Below, in pieces: positions 29,137 through 44,100 of a stretch of DNA of 64,000 nucleotides. Both the position numbers and the translations under genes were made by a program. The notes below the pieces were generated by a model. The model was not told where the DNA came from. It ran no database searches and saw only the letters and a program-made list of their open reading frames with translations. Location: the NCBI GenBank assembly GCA_964057225.1, contig CAXKVF010000092.1, forward strand, positions 1-64,000, given 5' to 3'. Each line of letters opens with the position of its first letter. Position 1 is the stretch's first letter. This stretch comes from Auanema rhodensis. Taxonomy: Eukaryota > Animalia > Nematoda.

Positions 29137-32100
29137 TAACTCGCTTCACGTGAAAGATAAAGAGATGCGGTTTTCAAAATTAGATTCCCCATGTCCATAT
29201 TAGTCTAAAAACAAATTTGTATTGATATTGGTGCATGGTAACCATGACTTTGAAATTTACGTGAACTTTAATTTATGCTAATTAAATGTACACGTGATGT
29301 GCACTTGGTATGTAACTCGCTTCACGTGAAAGATAAAGAGATGCGATTTTCAAAATTAGATTCCCCATGTCCATATTAGTCTAAAAACAAATTTTTATTG
29401 ATATTGGTGCATGGTAACCATGACTTTGAAAGTTACGTGAACTTTAATTTATGCTAATTAAATGTACACGTGATGTGCACTTGGTATGTAACTCGCTTCA
29501 CGTGAAAGATAAAGAGATGCGGTTTTCAAAATTAGATTCCCCATGTCCATATTAGTCTAAAAACAAATTTTTATTGATATTGGTTCATGGTAACCATGAC
29601 TTTGAAATTTACGTGAACTTTAATTTATGCTAATTAAATGTACACGTGATGTGCACTTGGTATGTAACTCGCTTCACGTGTAAGATAAAGAGATGCGGTT
29701 TTCAAAATTAGATTCCCCATGTCCATATTAGTCTAAAAACAAATTTTTATTGATATTGGTGCATGGTAACCATGACTTTGAAATTTACGTGAACTTTAAT
29801 TTATGCTAATTAAATGTACACGTGATGTGCACTTGGTATGTAACTCGCTTCACGTGAAAGATGAAGAGATGCGGTTTTCAAAATTAGATTCCCCATGTCC
29901 ATATTAGTCTAAAAACAAATTTTTATTGATATTGGTTCATGGTAACCATGACTTTGAAATTTACGTGAACTTTAATTTATGCTAATTAAATGTACACGTG
30001 ATGTGCACTTGGTATGTAACTCGCTTCACGTGAAAGATAAAGAGATGCGGTTTTCAAAATTAGATTCCCCATGTCCATATTAGTCTAAAAACAAATTTTT
30101 ATTGATATTGGTGCATGGTAACCATGACTTTGAAATTTACGTGAACTTTAATTTATGCTAATTAAATGTACACGTGATGTGCACTTGGTATGTAACTCGC
30201 TTCACGTGAAAGATGAAGAGATGCGGTTTTCAAAATTAGATTCCCCATGTCCATATTAGTCTAAAAACAAATTTTTATTGATATTGGTGCATGGTAACCA
30301 TGACTTTGAAATTTACGTGAACTTTAATTTATGCTAATTAAATGTACACGTGATGTGCACTTGGTATGTAACTCGCTTCACGTGAAAGATAAAGAGATGC
30401 GGTTTTCAAAATTAGATTCCCCATGTCCATATTAGTCTAAAAACAAATTTTTATTGATATTGGTGCATGGTAACCATGACTTTGAAATTTACGTGAACTT
30501 TAATTTATGCTAATTAAATGTACACGTGATGTGCACTTGGTATGTAACTCGCTTCACGTGAAAGATAAAGAGATGCGGTTTTCAAAATTAGATTTCCCAT
30601 GTCTATATTAGTCTAAAAACAAATTTTTATTGATATTGGTGCATGGTAACCATGACTTTGAAATTTACGTGAACTTTAATTTATGCTAATTAAATGTACA
30701 CGTGATGTGCACTTGGTATGTAACTCGCTTCACGTGAAAGATAAAGAGATGCGGTTTTCAAAATTAGATTCCCCATGTCCATATTAGTCTAAAAACAAAT
30801 TTTTATTGATATTGGTGCATGGTAACCATGACTTTGAAATTTACGTGAACTTTAATTTATGCTAATTAAATGTACACGTGATGTGCACTTGGTATGTAAC
30901 TCGCTTCACGTGAAAGATGAAGAGATGCGGTTTTCAAAATTAGATTCCCCATGTCCATATTAGTCTAAAAACAAATTTTTATTGATATTGGTGCATGGTA
31001 ACCATGACTTTGAAATTTACGTGAACTTTAATTTATGCTAATTAAATGTATACGTGATGTGCACTTGGTATGTAACTCGCTTCACGTGAAAGATAAAGAG
31101 ATGCGGTTTTCAAAATTAGATTCCCCATGTCCATATTAGTCTAAAAACAAATTTTTATTGATATTGGTGCATGGTAACCATGACTTTGAAATTTACGTGA
31201 ACTTTAATTTATGCTAATTAAATGTACACGTGATATGCACTTGGTATGTAACTCGCTTCACGTGAAAGATAAAGAGATGCGGTTTTCAAAATTAGATTCC
31301 CCATGTCCATATTAGTCTAAAAACAAATTTTTATTGATATTGGTGCATGGTAACCATGACTTTGAAATTTACGTGAACTTTAATTTATGCTAATTAAATG
31401 TACACGTGATGTGCACTTGGTATGTAACTCGCTTCACGTGAAAGATAAAGAGATGCGGTTTTCAAAATTAGATTCCCCATGTCCATATTAGTCTAAAAAC
31501 AAATTTTTATTGATATTGGTGCATGGTAACCATGACTTTGAAATTTACGTGAACTTTAATTTATGCTAATTAAATGTACACGTGATGTGCACTTGGTATG
31601 TAACTCGCTTCACGTGAAAGATAAAGAGATGCGGTTTTCAAAATTAGATTCCCCATGTCCATATTAGTCTAAAAACAAATTTTTATTGATATTGGTTCAT
31701 GGTAACCATGACTTTGAAATTTACGTGAACTTTAATTTATGCTAATTAAATGTACACGTGATATGCACTTGGTATGTAACTCGCTTCACGTGAAAGATAA
31801 AGAGATGCGGTTTTCAAAATTAGATTCCCCATGTCCATATTAGTCTAAAAACAAATTTTTATTGATATTGGTTCATGGTAACCATGACTTTGAAATTTAC
31901 GTGAACTTTAATTTATGCTAATTAAATGTACACGTGATGTGCACTTGGTATGTAACTCGCTTCACGTGAAAGATAAAGAGATGCGGTTTTCAAAATTAGA
32001 TTCCCCATGTCCATATTAGTCTAAAAACAAATTTTTATTGATATTGGTGCATGGTAACCATGACTTTGAAATTTACGTGAACTTTAATTTATGCTAATTA

Positions 32101-35100
32101 AATGTACACGTGATGTGCACTTGGTATGTAACTCGCTTCACGTGAAAGATAAAGAGATGCGGTTTTCAAAATTAGATTCCCCATGTCCATATTAGTCTAA
32201 AAACAAATTTTTATTGATATTGGTTCATGGTAACCATGACTTTGAAATTTACGTGAACTTTAATTTATGCTAATTAAATGTACACGTGATGTGCACTTGG
32301 TATGTAACTCGCTTCACGTGAAAGATAAAGAAATGCGGTTTTCAAAATTAGATCCCCCATGTCCATATTAGTCTAAAAACAAATTTTTATTGATATTGGT
32401 GCATGGTAACCATGACTTTGAAATTTACGTGAACTTTAATTTATGCTAATTAAATGTACACGTGATGTGCACTTGGTATGTAACTCGCTTCACGTGAAAG
32501 ATAAAGAGATGCGGTTTTCAAAATTAGATTCCCCATGTCCATATTAGTCTAAAAACAAATTTTTATTGATATTGCTTCATGGTAACCATGACTTTGAAAT
32601 TTACGTGAACTTTAATTTATGCTAATTAAATGTACACGTGATGTGCACTTGGTATGTAACTCGCTTCACGTGAAAGATAAAGAGATGCGGTTTTCAAAAT
32701 TAGATTTCCCATGTCCATATTAGTCTAAAAACAAATTTTTATTGATATTGGTTCATGGTAACCATGACTTTGAAATTTACGTGAACTTTAATTTATGCTA
32801 ATTAAATGTACACGTGATGTGCACTTGGTATGTAACTCGCTTCACGTGAAAGATAAAGAGATGCGGTTTTCAAAATTAGATTCCCCATGTCCATATTAGT
32901 CTAAAAACAAATTTTTATTGATATTGGTGCATGGTAACCATGACTTTGAAATTTACGTGAACTTTAATTTATGCTAATTAAATGTACACGTGATGTGCAC
33001 TTGGTATGTAACTCGCTTCACGTGAAAGATAAAGAGATGCGGTTTTCAAAATTAGATTCCCCATGTCCATATTAGTCTAAAAACAAATTTTTATTGATAT
33101 TGGTTCATGGTAACCATGACTTTGAAATTTACGTGAACTTTAATTTATGCTAATTAAATGTACACGTGATGTGCACTTGGTATGTAACTCGCTTCACGTG
33201 AAAGATAAAGAAATGCGGTTTTCAAAATTAGATCCCCCATGTCCATATTAGTCTAAAAACAAATTTTTATTGATATTGGTGCATGGTAACCATGACTTTG
33301 AAATTTACGTGAACTTTAATTTATGCTAATTAAATGTACACGTGATGTGCACTTGGTATGTAACTCGCTTCACGTGAAAGATAAAGAGATGCGGTTTTCA
33401 AAATTAGATTCCCCATGTCCATATTAGTCTAAAAACAAATTTTTATTAATATTGCTTCATGGTAACCATGACTTTGAAATTTACGTGAACTTTAATTTAT
33501 GCTAATTAAATGTACACGTGATGTGCACTTGGTATGTAACTCGCTTCACGTGAAAGATAAAGAGATGCGGTTTTCAAAATTAGATTTCCCATGTCCATAT
33601 TAGTCTAAAAACAAATTTTTATTGATATTGGTTCATGGTAACCATGACTTTGAAATTTACGTGAACTTTAATTTATGCTAATTAAATGTACACGTGATGT
33701 GCACTTGGTATGTAACTCGCTTCACGTGAAAGATAAAGAGATGCGGTTTTCAAAATTAGATTCCCCATGTCCATATTAGTCTAAAAACAAATTTTTATTG
33801 ATATTGGTGCATGGTAACCATGACTTTGAAATTTACGTGAACTTTAATTTATGCTAATTAAATGTACACGTGATGTGCACTTGGTATGTAACTCGCTTCA
33901 CGTGAAAGATAAAGAGATGCGGTTTTCAAAATTAGATTCCCCATGTCCATATTAGTCTAAAAACAAATTTTTATTGATATTGGTGCATGGTAACCATGAC
34001 TTTGAAATTTACGTGAACTTTAATTTATGCTAATTAAATGTACACGTGATGTGCACTTGGTATGTAACTCGCTTCACGTGAAAGATAAAGAGATGCGGTT
34101 TTCAAAATTAGATTCCCCATGTCCATATTAGTCTAAAAACAAATTTTTATTGATATTGGTTCATGGTAACCATGACTTTGAAATTTACGTGAACTTTAAT
34201 TTATGCTAATTAAATGTACACGTGATGTGCACTTGGTATGTAACTCGCTTCACGTGAAAGATAAAGAGATGCGGTTTTCAAAATTAGATTCCCCATGTCC
34301 ATATTAGTCTTAAAACAAATTTTTATTGATATTGGTTCATGGTAACCATGACTTTGAAATTTACGTGAACTTTAATTTATGCTAATTAAATGTACACGTG
34401 ATGTGCACTTGGTATGTAACTCGCTTCACGTGAAAGATAAAGAGATGCGGTTTTCAAAATTAGATTCCCCATGTCCATATTAGTCTAAAAACAAATTTTT
34501 ATTGATATTAGTTCATGGTAACCATGACTTTGAAATTTACGTGAACTTTAATTTATGCTAATTAAATGTACACGTGATGTGCACTTGGTATGTAACTCGC
34601 TTCACGTGAAAGATGAAGAGATGCGGTTTTCAAAATTAGATTCCCCATGTCCATATTAGTCTAAAAACAAATTTTTATTGATATTGGTGCATGGTAACCA
34701 TGACTTTGAAATTTACGTGAACTTTAATTTATGCTAATTAAATGTACACGTGATGTGCACTTGGTATGTAACTCGCTTCACGTGAAAGATAAAGAGATGC
34801 GGTTTTCAAAATTAGATTCCCCATGTCCATATTAGTCTAAAAACAAATTTTTATTGATATTGGTGCATGGTAACCATGACTTTGAAATTTACGTGAACTT
34901 TAATTTATGCTAATTAAATGTATACGTGATGTGCACTTGGTATGTAACTCGCTTCACGTGAAAGATAAAGAGATGCGGTTTTCAAAATTAGATTCCCCAT
35001 GTCCATATTAGTCTAAAAACAAATTTTTATTGATATTGGTTCATGGTAACCATGACTTTGAAATTTACGTGAACTTTAATTTATGCTAATTAAATGTATA

Positions 35101-38100
35101 CGTGATGTGCACTTGGTATGTAACTCGCTTCACGTGAAAGATAAAGAGATGCGGTTTTCAAAATTAGATTTCCCATGTCCATATTAGTCTAAAAACAAAT
35201 TTTTATTGATATTGGTTCATGGTAACCATGACTTTGAAATTTACGTGAACTTTAATTTATGCTAATTAAATGTACACGTGATGTGCACTTGGTATGTAAC
35301 TCGCTTCACGTGAAAGATAAAGAGATGCGGTTTTCAAAATTAGATTCCCCATGTCCATATTAGTCTAAAAACAAATTTTTATTGATATTGGTGCATGGTA
35401 ACCATGACTTTGAAATTTACGTGAACTTTAATTTATGCTAATTAAATGTACACGTGATGTGCACTTGGTATGTAACTCGCTTCACGTGAAAGATAAAGAG
35501 ATGCGGTTTTCAAAATTAGATTCCCCATGTCCATATTAGTCTAAAAACAAATTTTTATTGATATTGGTGCATGGTAACCATGACTTTGAAAGTTACGTGA
35601 ACTTTAATTTATGCTAATTAAATGTACACGTGATGTGCACTTGGTATGTAACTCGCTTCACGTGAAAGATAAAGAGATGCGGTTTTCAAAGTTAGATTCC
35701 CCATGTCCATATTAGTCTAAAAACAAATTTTTATTGATATTGGTTCATGGTAACCATGACTTTGAAATTTACGTGAACTTTAATTTATGCTAATTAAATG
35801 TACACGTGATGTGCACTTGGTATGTAACTCGCTTCACGTGAAAGATAAAGAGATGCGGTTTTCAAAATTAGATTCCCCATGTCCATATTAGTCTAAAAAC
35901 AAATTTTTATTGATATTGGTGCATGGTAACCATGACTTTGAAATTTACGTGAACTTTAATTTATGCTAATTAAATGTACACGTGATGTGCACTTGGTATG
36001 TAACTCGCTTCACGTGAAAGATAAAGAGATGCGGTTTTCAAAATTAGATTCCCCATGTCCATATTAGTCTAAAAACAAATTTTTATTGATATTGGTGCAT
36101 GGTAACCATGACTTTGAAATTTACGTGAACTTTAATTTATGCTAATTAAATGTACACGTGATGTGCACTTGGTATGTAACTCGCTTCACGTGAAAGATAA
36201 AGAGATGCGGTTTTCAAAATTAGATTCCCCATGTCCATATTAGTCTAAAAACAAATTTTTATTGATATTGGTGCATGGTAACCATGACTTTGAAATTTAC
36301 GTGAACTTTAATTTATGCTAATTAAATGTACACGTGATGTGCACTTGGTATGTAACTCGCTTCACGTGAAAGATAAAGAGATGCGGTTTTCAAAATTAGA
36401 TTCCCCATGTCCATATTAGTCTAAAAACAAATTTTTATTGATATTGGTGCATGGTAACCATGACTTTGAAATTTACGTGAACTTTAATTTATGCTAATTA
36501 AATGTACACGTGATATGCACTTGGTATGTAACTCGCTTCACGTGAAAGATAAAGAGATGCGGTTTTCAAAATTAGATTCCCCATGTCCATATTAGTCTAA
36601 AAACAAATTTTTATTGATATTGGTGCATGGTAACCATGACTTTGAAATTTACGTGAACTTTAATTTATGCTAATTAAATGTACACGTGATGTGCACTTGG
36701 TATGTAACTCGCTTCACGTGAAAGATAAAGAGATGCGGTTTTCAAAATTAGATTCCCCATGTCCATATTAGTCTAAAAACAAATTTTTATTGATATTGGT
36801 GCATGGTAACCATGACTTTGAAATTTACGTGAACTTTAATTTATGCTAATTAAATGTACACGTGATGTGCACTTGGTATGTAACTCGCTTCACGTGAAAG
36901 ATAAAGAGATGCGGTTTTCAAAATTAGATTCCCCATGTCCATATTAGTCTAAAAACAAATTTTTATTGATATTGGTTCATGGTAACCATGACTTTGAAAT
37001 TTACGTGAACTTTAATTTATGCTAATTAAATGTACACGTGATGTGCACTTGGTATGTAACTCGCTTCACGTGAAAGATAAAGAAATGCGGCTTTCAAAAT
37101 TAGATCCCCCATGTCCATATTAGTCTAAAAACAAATTTTTATTGATATTGGTGCATGGTAACCATGACTTTGAAATTTACGTGAACTTTAATTTATGCTA
37201 ATTAAATGTACACGTGATGTGCACTTGGTATGTAACTCGCTTCACGTGAAAGATAAAGAGATGCGGTTTTCAAAATTAGATTCCCCATGTCCATATTAGT
37301 CTAAAAACAAATGTTTATTGATATTGGTGCATGGTAACCATGACTTTGAAATTTACGTGAACTTTAATTTATGCTAATTAAATGTACACGTGATGTGCAC
37401 TTGGTATGTAACTCGCTTCACGTGAAAGATAAAGAGATGCGGTTTTCAAAATTAGATTCCCCATGTCCATATTAGTCTAAAAACAAATTTTTATTGATAT
37501 TGGTTCATGGTAACCATGACTTTGAAATTTACGTGAACTTTAATTTATGCTAATTAAATGTACACGTGATGTGCACTTGGTATGTAACTCGCTTCACGTG
37601 AAAGATAAAGAAATGCGGCTTTCAAAATTAGATCCCCCATGTCCATATTAGTCTAAAAACAAATTTTTATTGATATTGGTGCATGGTAACCATGACTTTG
37701 AAATTTACGTGAACTTTAATTTATGCTAATTAAATGTACACGTGATGTGCACTTGGTATGTAACTCGCTTCACGTGAAAGATAAAGAGATGCGGTTTTCA
37801 AAATTAGATTCCCCATGTCCATATTAGTCTAAAAACAAATTTTTATTGATATTGCTTCATGGTAACCATGACTTTGAAATTTACGTGAACTTTAATTTAT
37901 GCTAATTAAATGTACACGTGATGTGCACTTGGTATGTAACTCGCTTCACGTGAAAGATAAAGAGATGCGGTTTTCAAAATTAGATTTCCCATGTCCATAT
38001 TAGTCTAAAAACAAATTTTTATTGATATTGGTTCATGGTAACCATGACTTTGAAATTTACGTGAACTTTAATTTATGCTAATTAAATGTACACGTGATGT

Positions 38101-41100
38101 GCACTTGGTATGTAACTCGCTTCACGTGAAAGATAAAGAGATGCGGTTTTCAAAATTAGATTCCCCATGTCCATATTAGTCTAAAAACAAATTTTTATTG
38201 ATATTGGTGCATGGTAACCATGACTTTGAAATTTACGTGAACTTTAATTTATGCTAATTAAATGTACACGTGATGTGCACTTGGTATGTAACTCGCTTCA
38301 CGTGAAAGATAAAGAGATGCGGTTTTCAAAATTAGATTCCCCATGTCCATATTAGTCTAAAAACAAATTTTTATTGATATTGGTTCATGGTAACCATGAC
38401 TTTGAAATTTACGTGAACTTTAATTTATGCTAATTAAATGTACACGTGATGTGCACTTGGTATGTAACTCGCTTCACGTGAAAGATAAAGAGATGCGGTT
38501 TTCAAAATTAGATTCCCCATGTCCATATTAGTCTAAAAACAAATTTTTATTGATATTGGTTCATGGTAACCATGACTTTGAAATTTACGTGAACTTTAAT
38601 TTATGCTAATTAAATGTACACGTGATGTGCACTTGGTATGTAACTCGCTTCACGTGAAAGATAAAGAGATGCGGTTTTCAAAATTAGATTCCCCATGTCC
38701 ATATTAGTCTAAAAACAAATTTTTATTGATATTGGTTCATGGTAACCATGACTTTGAAATTTACGTGAACTTTAATTTATGCTAATTAAATGTACACGTG
38801 ATGTGCACTTGGTATGTAACTCGCTTCACGTGAAAGATAAAGAGATGCGGTTTTCAAAATTAGATTCCCCATGTCCATATTAGTCTTAAAACAAATTTTT
38901 ATTGATATTGGTTCATGGTAACCATGACTTTGAAATTTACGTGAACTTTAATTTATGCTAATTAAATGTACACGTGATGTGCACTTGGTATGTAACTCGC
39001 TTCACGTGAAAGATAAAGAGATGCGGTTTTCAAAATTAGATTCCCCATGTCCATATTAGTCTAAAAACAAATTTTTATTGATATTGGTTCATGGTAACCA
39101 TGACTTTGAAATTTACGTGAACTTTAATTTATGCTAATTAAATGTACACGTGATGTGCACTTGGTATGTAACTCGCTTCACGTGAAAGATAAAGAGATGC
39201 GGTTTTCAAAATTAGATTTCCCATGTCCATATTAGTCTAAAAACAAATTTTTATTGATATTGGTTCATGGTAACCATGACTTTGAAATTTACGTGAACTT
39301 TAATTTATGCTAATTAAATGTACACGTGATGTGCACTTGGTATGTAACTCGCTTCACGTGAAAGATAAAGAGATGCGGTTTTCAAAATTAGATTCCCCAT
39401 GTCCATATTAGTCTAAAAACAAATTTTTATTGATATTGGTGCATGGTAGCCATGACTTTGAAATTTACGTGAACTTTAATTTATGCTAATTAAATGTACA
39501 TGTGATGTGCACTTGGTATGTAACTCGCTTCACGTGAAAGATAAAGAGATGCGGTTTCCAAATTAGATTCCCCATGTCCATATTAGTCTAAAAACAAATT
39601 TTTATTGATATTGGTTCATGGTAACCATGACTTTGAAATTTACGTGAACTTTAATTTATGCTAATTAAATGTACACGTGATGTGCACTTGGTATGTAACT
39701 CGCTTCACGTGAAAGATAAAGAGATGCGGTTTTCAAAATTAGATTCCCCATGTCCATATTAGTCTAAAAACAAATTTTTATTGATATTGGTTCATGGTAA
39801 CCATGACTTTGAAATTTACGTGAACTTTAATTTATGCTAATTAAATGTACACGTGATGTGCACTTGGTATGTAACTCGCTTCACGTGAAAGATAAAGAGA
39901 TGCGGTTTTCAAAATTAGATTCCCCATGTCCATATTAGTCTAAAAACAAATTTTTATTGATATTGGTTCATGGTAACCATGACTTTGAAATTTACGTGAA
40001 CTTTAATTTATGCTAATTAAATGTACACGTGATGTGCACTTGGTATGTAACTCGCTTCACGTGAAAGATAAAGAGATGCGGTTTTCAAAATTAGATTCCC
40101 CATGTCCATATTAGTCTTAAAACAAATTTTTATTGATATTGGTTCATGGTAACCATGACTTTGAAATTTACGTGAACTTTAATTTATGCTAATTAAATGT
40201 ACACGTGATGTGCACTTGGTATGTAACTCGCTTCACGTGAAAGATAAAGAGATGCGGTTTTCAAAATTAGATTCCCCATGTCCATATTAGTCTAAAAACA
40301 AATTTTTATTGATATTAGTTCATGGTAACCATGACTTTGAAATTTACGTGAACTTTAATTTATGCTAATTAAATGTACACGTGATGTGCACTTGGTATGT
40401 AACTCGCTTCACGTGAAAGATGAAGAGATGCGGTTTTCAAAATTAGATTCCCCATGTCCATATTAGTCTAAAAACAAATTTTTATTGATATTGGTGCATG
40501 GTAACCATGACTTTGAAATTTACGTGAACTTTAATTTATGCTAATTAAATGTACACGTGATGTGCACTTGGTATGTAACTCGCTTCACGTGAAAGATAAA
40601 GAGATGCGGTTTTCAAAATTAGATTCCCCATGTCCATATTAGTCTAAAAACAAATTTTTATTGATATTGGTTCATGGTAACCATGACTTTGAAATTTACG
40701 TGAACTTTAATTTATGCTAATTAAATGTACACGTGATGTGCACTTGGTATGTAACTCGCTTCACGTGAAAGATAAAGAAATGCGGTTTTCAAAATTAGAT
40801 CCCCCATGTCCATATTAGTCTAAAAACAAATTTTTATTGATATTGGTTCATGGTAACCATGACTTTGAAATTTACGTGAACTTTAATTTATGCTAATTAA
40901 ATGTACACGTGATGTGCACTTGGTATGTAACTCGCTTCACGTGAAAGATGAAGAGATGCGGTTTTCAAAATTAGATTCCCCATGTCCATATTAGTCTAAA
41001 AACAAATTTTTATTGATATTGGTGCATGGTAACCATGACTTTGAAATTTACGTGAACTTTAATTTATGCTAATTAAATGTACACGTGATGTGCACTTGGT

Positions 41101-44100
41101 ATGTAACTCGCTTCACGTGAAAGATAAAGAGATGCGGTTTTCAAAATTAGATTCCCCATGTCCATATTAGTCTAAAAACAAATTTTTATTGATATTGGTT
41201 CATGGTAACCATGACTTTGAAATTTACGTGAACTTTAATTTATGCTAATTAAATGTACACGTGATGTGCACTTGGTATGTAACTCGCTTCACGTGAAAGA
41301 TAAAGAAATGCGGTTTTCAAAATTAGATCCCCCATGTCCATATTAGTCTAAAAACAAATTTTTATTGATATTGGTGCATGGTAACCATGACTTTGAAATT
41401 TACGTGAACTTTAATTTATGCTAATTAAATGTACACGTGATGTGCACTTGGTATGTAACTCGCTTCACGTGAAAGATAAAGAGATGCGGTTTTCAAAATT
41501 AGATTCCCCATGTCCATATTAGTCTAAAAACAAATTTTTATTGATATTGGTTCATGGTAACCATGACTTTGAAATTTACGTGAACTTTAATTTATGCTAA
41601 TTAAATGTACACGTGATGTGCACTTGGTATGTAACTCGCTTCACGTGAAAGATAAAGAGATGCGGTTTTCAAAATTAGATTCCCCATGTCCATATTAGTC
41701 TAAAAACAAATTTTTATTGATATTAGTTCATGGTAACCATGACTTTGAAATTTACGTGAACTTTAATTTATGCTAATTAAATGTACACGTGATGTGCACT
41801 TGGTATGTAACTCGCTTCACGTGAAAGATGAAGAGATGCGGTTTTCAAAATTAGATTCCCCATGTCCATATTAGTCTAAAAACAAATTTTTATTGATATT
41901 GGTGCATGGTAACCATGACTTTGAAATTTACGTGAACTTTAATTTATGCTAATTAAATGTACACGTGATGTGCACTTGGTATGTAACTCGCTTCACGTGA
42001 AAGATAAAGAGATGCGGTTTTCAAAATTAGATTCCCCATGTCCATATTAGTCTAAAAACAAATTTTTATTGATATTGGTGCATGGTAACCATGACTTTGA
42101 AATTTACGTGAACTTTAATTTATGCTAATTAAATGTACACGTGATGTGCACTTGGTATGTAACTCGCTTCACGTGAAAGATAAAGAGATGCGGTTTTCAA
42201 AATTAGATTCCCCATGTCCATATTAGTCTAAAAACAAATTTTTATTGATATTGGTGCATGGTAACCATGACATTGAAATTTACGTGAACTTTAATTTATG
42301 CTAATTAAATGTACACGTGATGTGCACTTGGTATGTAACTCGCTTCACGTGAAAGATAAAGAGATGCGGTTTTCAAAATTAGATTCCTCATGTCCATATT
42401 AGTCTAAAAACAAATTTTTATTGATATTGGTGCATGGTAACCATGACTTTGAAATTTACGTGAACTTTAATTTATGCTAATTAAATGTACACGTGATGTG
42501 CACTTGGTATGTAACTCGCTTCACGTGAAAGATAAAGAGATGCGGTTTTCAAAATTAGATTCCCCATGTCCATATTAGTCTAAAAACAAATTTTTATTGA
42601 TATTGCTTCATGGTAACCATGACTTTGAAATTTACGTGAACTTTAATTTATGCTAATTAAATGTACACGTGATGTGCACTTGGCATGTAACTCGCTTCAC
42701 GTGAAAGATAAAGAGATGCGGTTTTCAAAATTAGATTCCCCATGTCCATATTAGTCTAAAAACAAATTTTTATTGATATTGGTGCATGGTAACCATGACT
42801 TTGAATTTTACGTGAACTTTAATTTATGCTAATTAAATGTACACGTGATGTGCACTTGGTATGTAACTCGCTTCACGTGAAAGATAAAGAGATGCGGTTT
42901 TCAATATTAGATTCCCCATGTCCATATTAGTCTAAAAACAAATTTTTATTGATATTGGTTCATGGTAACCATGACTTTGAAATTTACGTGAACTTTAATT
43001 TATGCCAATTAAATGTACACGTGATGTGCACTTGGTATGTAACTCGCTTCACGTGAAAGATAAAGAGATGCGGTTTTCAAAATTAGATTCCCCATGTCCA
43101 TATTAGTCTAAAAACAAATTTTTATTGATATTGGTGCATGGTAACCATGACTTTGAAATTTACGTGAACTTTAATTTATGCTAATTAAATGTACACGTGA
43201 TGTGCACTTGGTATGTAACTCGCTTCACGTGAAAGATAAAGAGATGCGGTTTTCAAAATTAGATTCCCCATGTCCATATTAGTCTAAAAACAAATTTTTA
43301 TTGATATTGGTTCATGGTAACCATGACTTTGAAATTCACGTGAACTTTAATTTATGCTAATTAAATGTACACGTGATGTGCACTTGGTATGTAACTCGCT
43401 TCACGTGAAAGATAAAGAGATGCGGTTTTCAAAATTAGATTCCCCATGTCCATATTAGTCTAAAAACAAATTTTTATTGATATTGGTGCATGGTAACCAT
43501 GACTTTGAAATTTACGTGAACTTTAATTTATGCTAATTAAATGTACACGTGATGTGCACTTGGTATGTACCTCGCTTCACGTGAAAGATGAAGAGATGCG
43601 GTTTTCAAAATTAGATTCCCCATGTCCATATTAGTCTAAAAACAAATTTTGATTGATATTGGTGCATGGTAACCATGACTTTGAATTTTACGTGAACTTT
43701 AATTTATGCTAATTAAATGTACACGTGATGTGCACTTGGTATGTAACTCGCTTCACGTGAAAGATAAAGAGATGCGGTTTTCAATATTAGATTCCCCATG
43801 TCCATATTAGTCTAAAAACAAATTTTTATTGATATTGGTTCATGGTAACCATGACTTTGAAATTTACGTGAACTTTAATTTATGCTAATTAAATGTACAC
43901 GTGATGTGCACTTGGTATGTAACTCGCTTCACGTGAAAGATAAAGAGATGCGGTTTTCAAAATTAGATTCCCCATGTCCATATTAGTCTAAAAACAAATT
44001 TTTATTGATATTGGTGCATGGTAACCATGACTTTGAAATTTACGTGAACTTTAATTTATGCTAATTAAATGTACACGTGATGTGCACTTGGTATGTAACT

